From: Lingula anatina
Lineage: Eukaryota > Animalia > Brachiopoda
Reading direction: 5' to 3'
Assembly: GCA_051362555.1 (NCBI GenBank)
Contig: CM120649.1
Location: 19,668,567-19,732,566 of the forward strand
Length of the DNA stretch: 64,000 nucleotides
Shown here: piece by piece, positions 39,003 to 50,700 of the stretch
Position numbering within the stretch: position 1 is the stretch's first letter
How the letters are laid out: every line of letters begins with the position of its first letter
Position numbers and translations under genes: made by a program
The notes under the pieces: model-generated
Database searches by the model: none
Told to the model about the DNA's origin: nothing
Seen by the model: only the letters and a program-made list of their open reading frames with translations

Positions 39003-40783
39003 ATGACGGTCTTCAACCTGTACATATTTGACAGGAATGGTACGTGTCTGTACTATGTGGAGTGGAATAGGAAGAAACACTCAGGGATTGCAAGCCAGGA
39101 GGAGGTACTAAGACACCACATGTCCTTTAGCTGTGTACTCAACACAGTTTTATACTCAAGAAATTGGGGCCTGGTTTGCAAATGAACTTAAAATTGATAG
39201 CAACTTTAAGGTTGAAAAATGACATTATTTATTTATTAATTTTTTTTTTTTTTTTGGAAATTAAATAATTTATGTATAGTATAAATTAATATATAATTTA
39301 ATATTTAATGATAAGATAAAAACAATAAGATGTCCAGTAGTAAGATTTTGTGTTGACCTTTCAGGAGTTCAAATTGATGTATGGGATGATCTTCTCCATC
39401 AAGTCTTTTGTCAATAGGATATCACCATCTGATTTGTATCCTTGACACTTACTATAACAGAGGTATTACATCTCTGAACACTGTCTCAGGGACCATTCAG
39501 AATAGATGATCCGAGTACTAACTGATCCGCCGACTTAATATTCCATGTTAGTCTCCCTGCCTCCACTCGAGCCGTTGCTGCAAGGGCCTGGTAATGAAAC
39601 CTTGGAGCCAAAATTTAATCCGTTAATGCCATGAGTGGAGGCGGGGAGACCATCGGGTATCAGCAGCATTGCTCGGATCTTCTCTTCTGAATGGCCCCTT
39701 ATGTGGTAAATATTCAGCAGGTTAAAACGAAATTAGTTAATTGTTACAGAAGAAAAGTCTGCTGATGATACCCGGAAGAGATAGTTTAAAACTTTTTTAA
39801 AAGGAAGTTGGATGCATGTCATTTGAGTTTTTGAATATTATCTATGATGTTTATATTTAGAGAGTTATTATCATGCTTTGCCTAACTGGCACTGTCCATG
39901 TTTTATACCCTGTCCAAGGTCTTTACTTTTGAGCCCTGCACCTGGAAGGCAATGGTGACTTAAGTTGTTGCTTTTTAAGAGATGACACCACAACTGCATT
40001 CCTTAATCTGAAACCACAGTTTTCATACCCACTCATTACTTCACTTCATTCCACCTTAACTGTGTGTCACCCAGAAAAGATGGCTTCTCAAGCTTCAAGA
40101 CAAGTCGATACAAGTGCAATTTCTATGAAACTCCGAGTGGTTTGAAGTTTATCCTAAACACAGACCTCAACGTGGGAAATATTAGAGATGTCCTACATCA
40201 ACTCTATAGTAATGTATGTGGAGAGAGTTTGTTTCAGTTTTAATAAGTTGATAAGTCAGACTCGTAGCCAGCAATTTCAAAAAGGAGGTTCTTTTTTTTG
40301 AAGAAAAAGTGGACCTTTTACAATGTAGCCTTTGTGTACCTAGATGAAATTTTACCCAGAATGGAGCTTTTACTGACAAAAAGGGCGTTTCTTTCGAACC
40401 CATGAAACCCCCTGGCTACGGGCCTGCAAGTACAACATTATAAAATGTACACATGTTAAGATTCCTTTGAATTGCACTAAAAAGTGCCTCGATATAATAA
40501 TAGTACAATAATCAACACTAGATAGGTTACTTGGTAATGAATACTTATTTACTGCATGATATATATAACACATAAATTATGTGGTGGTGAATGCTTATTG
40601 CTTACATGTGATACTTTATGCATACAGACATTATATTAATTGTTCTTATTTCAGATATATGTAGAATATGTAGTGAAGAACCCACTGTGTGAGTTAGGAC
40701 AGCCCATAAAGAGTGATTTGTTCAAGACAAAACTGGATGAATACGTCAGGAACTTGCCAATATTTGCAACAAAAACAAACTAG
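39003..40783 (+). CDS. TRAPPC1: Trafficking protein particle complex subunit 1 (Bet5)
   Basis: Exons 39003-39104, 39365-39435, 40075-40213 and 40655-40783 give [23 protein letters not shown]...[16 protein letters not shown]...[15 protein letters not shown]...[11 protein letters not shown]...*. Confidence 0.96.
39436..40074 (+). other. U12-type (minor spliceosome) GT-AG intron in TRAPPC1
   Basis: The 5' site is GTATCCTT. A branch motif CCTTAAC at 40054-40060 ends 12 nt before the terminal AG, with no polypyrimidine tract. Splicing here restores the frame. Confidence 0.88.
39489..39698. mobile_element. Hairpin MITE (Harbinger-like termini) inside the U12 intron
   Basis: Termini GGGACCATTCAGAA...TTCTGAATGGCCCC. 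Internal inverted repeats GATCCGAG/CTCGGATC and GTCTCCCTGCCTCCACTC/GAGTGGAGGCGGGGAGAC. Confidence 0.7.
40257..40426. mobile_element. Short hAT-type MITE
   Basis: Terminal inverted repeats CAGACTCGTAGCCAG ... CTGGCTACGGGCCTG. Confidence 0.6.
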
Positions 40784-42164
40784 TTTAAAAGAAAAAGAAT
40801 TTCAGCAAATTATAAAAGTCATCAAGGAGAAACATCCGTAATGATGCAAATTTAAAAAATGATAGAAAGTTTCCAAGGTAAATGTTTCAAAAATCGCATT
40901 AGGGCAAGCAGGGAGTTGACCAGTAGCGGCAATACTGAAGACAATGACAGACAATGACTACGGGGGAAATAGTGAATTGCTTAGTCAGAAAAGGCGTCAA
41001 AGTGGTTCTCATGAGGGGGAGAAACCTGAACCAGTGGCTAAACAACTATTTTAAAGTTAAAATCTGAAGTCAGAATGAATATGCTGATAAAATTAAATAT
41101 TGGCAAAATAACAGAATGTATCTTTTGTAAGAAAATGTTATGGACAACTTTGTGTTTTATATGTAAAAATAAAACCATAATCTGTACACTATGTAAGATG
41201 GTATTTTATCATATGATAAAACAGTAAGACATCATTAGTTACATATGATTATCAGAGCACAAAGAAATTCTACAGCACGCTACACATCTACAGGAATCAA
41301 GGCAGTCAATACTGATAAATTTAATAATTCAAGAAATATAAATGACTGTGAGTATAACGAATCTAACACAGTGATTCGTGGATGAAAGGGGGTGGGACTG
41401 GGCAATATCGGCCTTCTCCCCCGTCTCGATTTTAATATAAATATTCTTCAGTCACATTTTTTATTATTATTATTTTTTTTTTTTTGCTTTAGGCAGAAGC
41501 AAAGTACAACAATCTTGTGAAAGCAATAATGAACAATCTGTTAATTGGATTAATTATTGGGCTGATATTGTGACAGCGCTCTCCTCTTAATGCGTCCTAT
41601 AATTACGTGTATTTATCAGAAGTTTGGTGTACACGTGCTGGGTGAATGCTGTACGTGTACCAGTGGGCACCTGTACTAACAGTGACGTCAATATCAACCA
41701 AATCCTTTGTGTCACACAAGGTCAGCTCCGTTTTTGTACCCAAAGAGACAAATCTCTGGAATCAACAACTTCCTCTATTTGCTTTTTAGTAAGATAAGGG
41801 TTACCGGGTAATTTGTGTTTGCAGTGTGTTACTTTATCACGCGTGACCTGAATTTCACCTGACGATTGTAAAATGTTATACAGTCGGTTGTTACGTTACT
41901 AATAGCGCTTTCACATCGCACTTCAAAATATCAACACCGGCTAATACCTAGTCTTACCACTACAAAATTTTTTACCCACTTTTCCACCACCAGTTTTATT
42001 TATTTCTTTAACTTTTAGTCATTAACCCAGGTGAGCACTAGCCATTCACAGAACATTATAGTCACTATATACGACCCCTGCACACAAGTGCATTACATAC
42101 CGGTAGTGTGAAGTAAACGAAATAATGGAACAAATTAATGATAATAAACACTTAAGTGTGTATG

Positions 42165-44576
42165 CAGGGGCGAATCCAGGATTATTTGAAGTGGGGGTCC
42201 GCGGCTGCGAAGCCGATCCCCCCCACCGCCTTGTCGTGGGGTTATGGGCCCGGTGAAGGGCCCCGAAAATTTTGGAGTATTTAAGGTGACTGATAGTAAA
42301 AGGACCAAAGTCAAAGAAACAAAGCCCTGGGCTTATAAGTTTTTATAAAAAATTAAAACAAACTTCCCAAAAGGCCAATTAAAGACGGGGATTAAGTACA
42401 GTGTCCAACGGATGACGCTCTGGCGCCAATTTGAGGGGAAAAATGCCGTTTTCGGTATTGGGATTTTCTCTTTAACCAAGACAGCTATTCAAGTGATTCA
42501 AAAGGCCTCATAAAGCTGGGTGAAAGCACTACAGCGGGGTACCAGGGAATTGTCTTAAACTATTTACTTTTGATCTTATCATCTTTTACGTTAAATCAGC
42601 CCATATTTCAATGGGTTATTCACTTCAAAAGGCGATAACTTTCAAACAAACAATTTCCTCTTAAACCCCTGATATCATGCTGTAGTCCACATTCCTAACA
42701 ACAATAGGTGCAACTTTTGTAACGATCGGTTGCTCAGATAGTGAGATATACTTGGCAGCGATTCACTTATCTCGTCCATATAGAAAGCTGTTAAAACAGC
42801 CAAAAACGTTCACAGGTTGGTTAACAGGGCTTATTAGTCAAATGATTAGCTGGCAAATTTACCTGTTATCGGTTATACGATCAGATGGAACCATTGCTTA
42901 TTGTCATCTAAAAATATTTTGTTAGGGTGCTTTGAAGGGGCAGAAAATCGTGCTTTTGTTACACTTTCCGACCACTCGTTAGGCATGTAAGCGTGCCGCC
43001 ATTTTGATTGACAGCTCTGGAGAGGGCCCTAGCCTTGTGATGCCCCGTAGGGTGTCAAGGATATGTAGAAGGAAGTGCTAACAAAGGCGATTACGTTTAA
43101 CCGCAATTAAGAGGTGTGAAGTTGCATTTGAACGTTTCAATGGCTCTTCCTCGGCAATCGAGTAATTTTACCTGAGAGATTCCTTCTTTGTTATCGGCAA
43201 AGTGATCACATAAAACTGTGTCGAGAGCAAGTGTCCGTCACTTGTGTTAATACGAGTTTTTTGACGGGTAACGCTGCAGGATTATTTTGCACGACACTTG
43301 GTAATCGTCAGATCAACGGAAAAATCCAGTGATTACTTCATAGCGGTATTTCTCAAAATGCCAGCTAAGATAAAGGGGAGACGCTCACTGCACAAGAATC
43401 AGCGATAAAAGTGGCTGAGAGAAGGCTTTTGAATAAATATTTTATTTTTACACACATGACACTTAGACCCTATTTGCTTTTTACCTGCTAGTCTTGACTA
43501 TTGTCGGGGTCTTTTTGTGATTTTCATTTTTGGATACATTTTGAACTCTTTCTTCCCGCTTGATCAGTGATTTTGAAATTGTTTTTCTCCAAATATCGCA
43601 AAATGCAAAGCCGCTAACATGCGTTTTTATTTTTATTGTTTTAATCATGCTGTCAACCCTTGCTTGGATTTCTCTCGTTTGGCCATTCACATCACAATTT
43701 TTCGCGTGTCTCTCAAGCTCCATGATATCATATCTTGGAGTATAAAATTTTATTTTGTCAACATTAGATTTACCTTTTGCAAACGGCGACCAACAATCAT
43801 TTCCGGTTTCGTAACGTGTCCCAGATCTAGATACGCTCGCCGATATATATTGCAAAAATTAGCTAGGCTAAAAGTATCCTTTTTAGCGTTTTTTTTTATT
43901 TATCGATTTTTCTTTCATTTGTCAATTAATTAAGACGATTCGATTAACTCTTTTGCCCATTTATTAGGTATTCAGAAATCAGTCATCCGTCTGAACAAAT
44001 AGGACCGGTTTTCCCCAACCGCCACGCATAGGCCCTACTCTCTTTCAAAATTTTCTTTCTTTCCTCAGGAAATGGACTTTTAACACGAATATTTCTCTTC
44101 CCCATAGTGTACTAGCTAGACTTCTTCGCTGCTAAGCTGATGTAAGACTTATGACCTATTACCGCACACGTAATCGGCTTATAACTCATTAACTGTGCTC
44201 CGACCCCCTCATGGCAACGGCCCTTAGTAACAGAGGCGTGGCTTAGTTGTCAGCCTGACTGGGGCGCGTGCCGGTTGAAAAAATAATCAAAAGACACATT
44301 TTGCGATGCAAATTCATAAAAATTATTACAACCAACGTTAGATACTTTTTTGATTAATATAAACACACAAAAATCTCAAAAACATGATTTTAAGCGTATT
44401 TAACCCTATCACCGGCCTTAAGAGGGTGAATGGTGCCATTTGGTACGGTTTAGAACTCTGATTGAGCTAGTTAAAATTCTATTTTCAAGGGGGGCCCATT
44501 GCTGTGTTTTTTTTTTTTCAGAAATCGAAGGGGGGGGGATCAGGACCCTCCTGACACCCCCTTAATTCCGCCACTG
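42165..44576. mobile_element. hAT-type MITE (CAGGGGCGAATCCAGG...AATTCCGCCACTG) split by a nested insertion
   Basis: Termini are inverted repeats of each other. The two halves rejoin at TTAA into a typical MITE interior. Only 5 bp (GTATG) of flanking duplication is recognisable. Confidence 0.6.
42285..44417. mobile_element. ~2.1-kb non-autonomous DNA transposon with TTAA target duplication (Kolobok-like)
   Basis: Ends read TTAA|GGTGACTGATAG ... CTATCACCGGCC|TTAA. The GG terminus fits Kolobok rather than piggyBac. No intact transposase is seen. Confidence 0.6.
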
Positions 44577-44773
44577 GTATGTGAACACAATTCCATATAA
44601 GTTTAATTTTTATTACTTAATTAAAACAACATGAGTGGATCTCTTACACGGCAAGAGTACGTAGAACGCACCAACAAAATCCTAATAAGTGCCATCGTTG
44701 TTTACGAATCGAGTCATGCAAATACAAGTGACGAATGCGGCTTTAGATAAGACTGAGAGTCACGTTCACAAAG

Positions 44774-47700
44774 ATGGAGGAAGTGCGTCTTTTATTGCGT
44801 TTGTCGTTTTTTCTTCTAATTCATTCAGGTAGGTAACCTTTTTATCACCCTTTCCATTGCTGGTTGAAAAGGGTTTATATACGGTATGTAGGCCTACTAG
44901 TTAGATGAAATAACTTATCGAAATTTAGATTTTAATAACTTAAAGATGTCCATTAAAATTCAAAGAAGTTACACCACATAGTTCTTCCTGGTATTGTCTT
45001 TGATACAAAAAGTTTAAATTTGATAACCAAAGTACTTTAAAAAGACAAAGAAGCATGGGGTATTCATTTTAGAAATCGTTATTCAACAGTTACAGTAAAT
45101 GTGATGTAGTTCTTTTACAATATATGATTGGACCTGGGAACTCAAATGATATAATGCTCACTGATCGCCAGAGATCATAGGGACTTGCTCGTCCCCTTTA
45201 AGTAGGCCCTACTTAGATAAAGTCGGGAGACATTTGTGGTCAATGATGATGCTTTGCAAGGGAGCGTGGCAAACAATAAAGGCTGCGTTCACATGAAAAA
45301 TCTATTTTCTAAAAATCTGTTTGCGGTATCTTGTGATCACGGCCTGTGCCCTTAATAACCTGCAGCGTAATTACGGGCAGCGCGAGCCAGTTTTTTCCAA
45401 AGCTGTAATTAACTGGCTTGCGCTGCCCGTAACTACGCCGCAGGGTATTCAGGGCACAGACCGTGATCACAAGATACCGCAAATATATTTTTAGATTTTT
45501 AGAAAATAGATTTTTCATATGAACGCAGCCTAAGCTGCTTACGTTGACTGTGGCTTAGCGAGAATCCCTGCTGAGATGGATCGATGTTGCTAGTACCAAA
45601 ACTTCTATTATGAACACAGCCTTGGCGACTTTGCATAAAGGTCATGTTATTTTCAAAAATGCGCTCCAAATACATGTGAAGGAGAACCATTCGAAAGCAT
45701 CTTTAATTTACCTGAATTATTTCAATTACAGTGATTAATTGACCAATGGTTTCGTTTCAAAAATGGGTTTTTATCTTATCAATTCCTTGCTTTATGTTTT
45801 AGTGTTCAGTGGCTATGTGACCGATGACTTCTTAATTTTCACGGACAAAGAAAACGGAGTAATATGGCAAGCTGATCTGATCCAGCAGAACCTATACGCC
45901 GTCTATACCCAGTGTAATAATCCCGTATCCGCAAGCTACGACCCAATGGAGCAACGCGTTTACTGGACTGAAGTTGCCACCTTTTCTCTAATTAGAAGAG
46001 TAAATGTTGATGGAACAGCACCTGAAACGGTCTTTTATTTTGCTATAAGTGAGTGTGATGTACATGTGGTAACACTGACCGATTCAGAATTTAAATTGCA
46101 GGCATATTGACACACACGCCCACACACGCAGAGAGAGAGAGAGAGAGAGAGAGGGTCATTAAAGGTCAAACTTCTCTTCTCAGGTAGCATACCGAACGCC
46201 GTTACGGTTGACCATATTTCCCGCCTACTGTACTACACTGAGGACAGGTATGACACCGTTGGTGTGATGAGATTGGACGGCTCCTACCACAAGATCTTGT
46301 TAAGAACTGGATTGGATAAGCCGAGAGCGATGACGTTGGATCCAGTTAATGGGTAACTACGTTTTTTCTCTTTTTTAAGAGTTCACATTAACAATTCAAT
46401 TCAATTCAATTCAATTCAATTCAATTTATTTCTGTACTGGTACATAGATTGTCATGACCTTGTACAATTTGATATACTAATGATGATACAATACAGTTAG
46501 TGCATTACCATCTTTATATAATGGACATACGTATCAGTAAAATTACTCATAAAATATTCTATCTAAGCAATGCGATAAACCTTGGTGTGATTTTAAATTT
46601 ACCATAAACATACTATAAACATGTTACACAAAAAGAATATGTTTAAACTTAAAACCAAGGTTACATAGCTGTTTAAGGCCTGTTTGATGACATGGATAAT
46701 TACGACTAATGACAATTACATAAGACAGATAAGTAAATAAGTGACACAGATATAAATATTGTGCCATGTTCAGTCCCACTGCCGAGTCACTTCTCACAAC
46801 AGTGGGACCATACACTGACATTTTAAGGGATATGCTAAGAGTTACCAAGCAGAGCAACCACTTCACTTCTTTTCTTGAATGATTTGATTATAAAGTTGGA
46901 GAGGGACACTAGAGTATCTTTTTTGGCACTGTTAAATACATGGCATAAATGACTGTCTGGTGACCTGGGATCAGCTTTTAGGATTGAGGTTTTACTTAAA
47001 AAAGTGACTCGGTCTGTTTTGTACATTGGGCATTGGAATATAAAATGGTATTCATCTTCAATTACCCCTTGGGTGCACAGGCGACAGATTCTGTCGCACC
47101 TTTCAGTTTTTGGCCTGGTGTGCCGCCCAGTTTCGATGTGGAGTTTATGGTCACTAAGACGTAGTTTAGCAAGGGTTGACAAGGTGTCATAATTTGTTAT
47201 TTTATCAACATAAGTTGCCCTTTCACACTTTTGGTTAAGTATACGGAAGAGAGACAATTTACTGTTGGCTTGAAGTTTGCTATTGCACATTTGGGTAAAG
47301 TGGTCAGTTTGTCTTTGTTTGAAAATTGTGGTGAAGTTTTTTGGAGGTGACTGGCTAAGCCACACATCTCCAAGGCCAAATGTGAAAAGGATTTTTCGGA
47401 TACCCTCAGACCATGACATACAAGCTGGCCTGAGTGTGTGGACTGCGGGTGGGACATAAGGTGTCAGCAACTTGTAACTATTTATCTCTTGTATGTATGC
47501 TTGTTTCATTAGTGTAGCATCAGACATTTGAATTATTTTACACCATAGTTGGACAGATGCACACTGTATTTTGGTATAGAGGGGAAGGCGGCCAAGTTCA
47601 GTGTATATATACACCATAGTTTGATACGTTTTGATGGAGGCCAAGGATTTGTTTGCAAAATTTTAAGTGCAACTTTTCTGTAGGGCAGTTATCCGTTGAC

Positions 47701-50700
47701 ACAGAGTAGCCCCATATCTCTGAGCAATATGTAAGGATTGGGGAAATGAGGGTATCAAATAATTTCTCTTTTAAGGATATGTTAACATTACTCTGAAGTG
47801 GAAGAGACTTGGACAGACTGAAGAATGCCTTTGTAGCACGTTGTAGGAGATTACTTTGGGTTTCTGTAAAGCTTCCTGATCGATTTAGAAGGAGACCTAG
47901 ATACATGTATTTGTTGACCTCTTGGATTGGTTTTCCATAAAGAAAAAATTAACAGAATTGAGACTAATGGTTTTTAGTGTCGTAAGCTTTTTTTGTTTTC
48001 ATACGTGCATAATACTTGCACTTCTCTGCTTTAGCTCTTATCAATCAAAGGTAAGGAATATGAATCGAAATTTTGTGATTGTTTCATAAGATGCACAAAC
48101 AACACAAAATAAGTATTTCTCCAAATGGTTAGATGCGGCCATTAATTCTTTTGGGCCTCAACAAATTGTTTTCAATAAACCAGTCAAAGCGGCAATGAAT
48201 ACCACAGGAGCTGACGTGATGAGGCACATAATTTGACTTTTACGTAACACATTGAGGGACCGCTTGGGCCAAAAGGTTCACAATCTTTCCTGGTCATAAA
48301 GGATAGTCAAGCCATGCATCGCCTGGGAAATATTTTTAATTCTGCAAAATGACACCGAAATTGAAAAATGTCATAACTTGTATATTTTTTCAACAGAATG
48401 TCTTGAAAATTTCACTGTTGATGAAAAATGTAAATTCAAGTGTATTCAAAAATGTTTTTTTTTTAATTCAACATTTAGTCGTAATAACAGCAGTGTATAT
48501 CTGCTCGGCGTCAATTTAACATTATTTTCTTATTCTAAATAATAACCTTTGACTTAAATTTTCATGGAGTTCCAATAACTTTCAATGCAGTCATAATGCA
48601 TAAAAATGTATGAAAAATTATTATATTTCATAACGAAGTCGCTATGGACCCAGTACATGTTGTCTGCTATGACTGTCCTGATCTTAATTGATGATTGGTT
48701 AAAATGACTGGAAAACAGAACTTTTTGAAAAAAAAACACCCACCCCTTCCACCCCATCCACTTCTCACGAAGAAAGGATTAATGTTATCATGACACCTGG
48801 CATATTGTGGAGGACTTCAAGCACAACATGCATGTTACAACCTTGTACAGAATGACGTTTCTTTGCTTAACTCCTTCACAACTACAAACAAATCAAACAG
48901 ATTTAGTCAGCGCACCAGTTGTGCCACCGCTTTATTTACTTAACAGCTAGCTGCAGCTTACTTTATCCAAAACAGTTTATATTACATCATAAATTATATT
49001 ACATTACATCAAACCACTACACTGCTCACTACTTGATTGCTTACGAATACCTATATTTTTCGAAAATTATGTAAACATACAGATGCAAATTAAATTAATA
49101 ATAAATGCGCAACAAACAGATCTATGCCGCCCAAGAAAAACCATAGATTAAAACTTACTGCCAAAATGCAAGGAAATTCTCTATGGAAACCTCTATCTGA
49201 ATGGACTTTTAAGTCCTGCATGCAACATATCTTAATGAGTCAGACTTCCCCTTTTGTTTACGTAAATATTAGATACTACTAAATTAAGAATTTGAGAAAA
49301 TTGATCTGCACAGCAGTGCGCGTAAGCCTAGAATGACCACAAACAACTTTTATTCGCCACACCCTGTCATTGCGCATGCTCTAATATGAGAACTGTTCAT
49401 CTCGTAACGCACAGAAAATCAGTCCCGCTATACTTTTAAACGCGGGAATATTCAATTCATAATGTTACGTGACGTGTCATGGTGTTACTTGATGGCAGTA
49501 ATACTCGTTCCTTCCATTTTCTACTGCATAAGGTGCCAAAAAATACGGAACAGTGCAATGTTACTGTAATTTCACATACTCGTAATGGTGAGACAAAACC
49601 CATAAATTTCTCCCTAGTACCGCCAAATTACAATTTTGACGTTACCTTTGGAACGTGACGTTTGATGACGTAACGTGACTTGGCATGGTGTTATATTGAT
49701 GTTAGCGATACATGTTTCTTTCATACTTTGTAACAGCTGGATGTATTGGACGGATTGGGGAACGGAAGCAAAGATAGAACGCGCGCACATGGACGGCGAA
49801 AATAGACAAACTGTGGCGGACACGGATCTGTCATGGCCGAATGGCATAGAAATTGACATCCCTGGTGAGATTTGAACGATAGGCCTTTATAGTACAACTT
49901 GATTATTTTTCAGCATTTATATGATAATTTCGTCTTATAATGGCTCCTTTAGAAATACTTCGTTTACAATATTTTATCAAACCTTTATTATTTCATTATT
50001 TGGACTTTATTTTAATGTACAGACACAGATGTTTCTGTACATATAGCCATCACCTGCGTCTGTCGTCGCCGTCGCCGTCGTCGCCGTCGCCATGCACTTT
50101 TACCGATAACACGATAAGTGGAAAACCGTTTTTTCTTTTGGTTTGAAACTTACAGAACTGATGAATATTCATAATACGCAGGTCAAGTTCGAAAATTAGC
50201 ATGATCGGGCTATTTTTAGGGAAATTATGCTGTTTTTTTTTTCACTTTTTCAGCATATATGCAGCACCGATAACATGATAAGTGAAAAACCATTTTAGCT
50301 TTTGGCTTGAAACTTACAGAACTGATGAATATTTATAATACGCAGGTCAAGTTCGAAATTCAGCATGATCGGGCCATTTTTAGGTAAGTTATGCTGTTTT
50401 TTCACTTTTTCAGTATTTATGTAGCACCGATAACACGATAAGTGGAAAACCGTTTTACCTTTTGGCTTGAAACTTACAGAACTGATAAATATTCATATTA
50501 CGCAGGTCAAGTTCGAAAATCAGCATGATGGGGCCATTTATATGGAAGTTATGCTGTTTTTTCACTTTTTTCAGCATTTATGCAACACCGATATCACAAT
50601 ATTTGAAAAACTGTTTTACCTTTTGGCTTGAAACTTACAGAACTGATAAATATTCATAATACACAGGTCAAGTTCGAAAATCAGCATGATAGGAATATTT

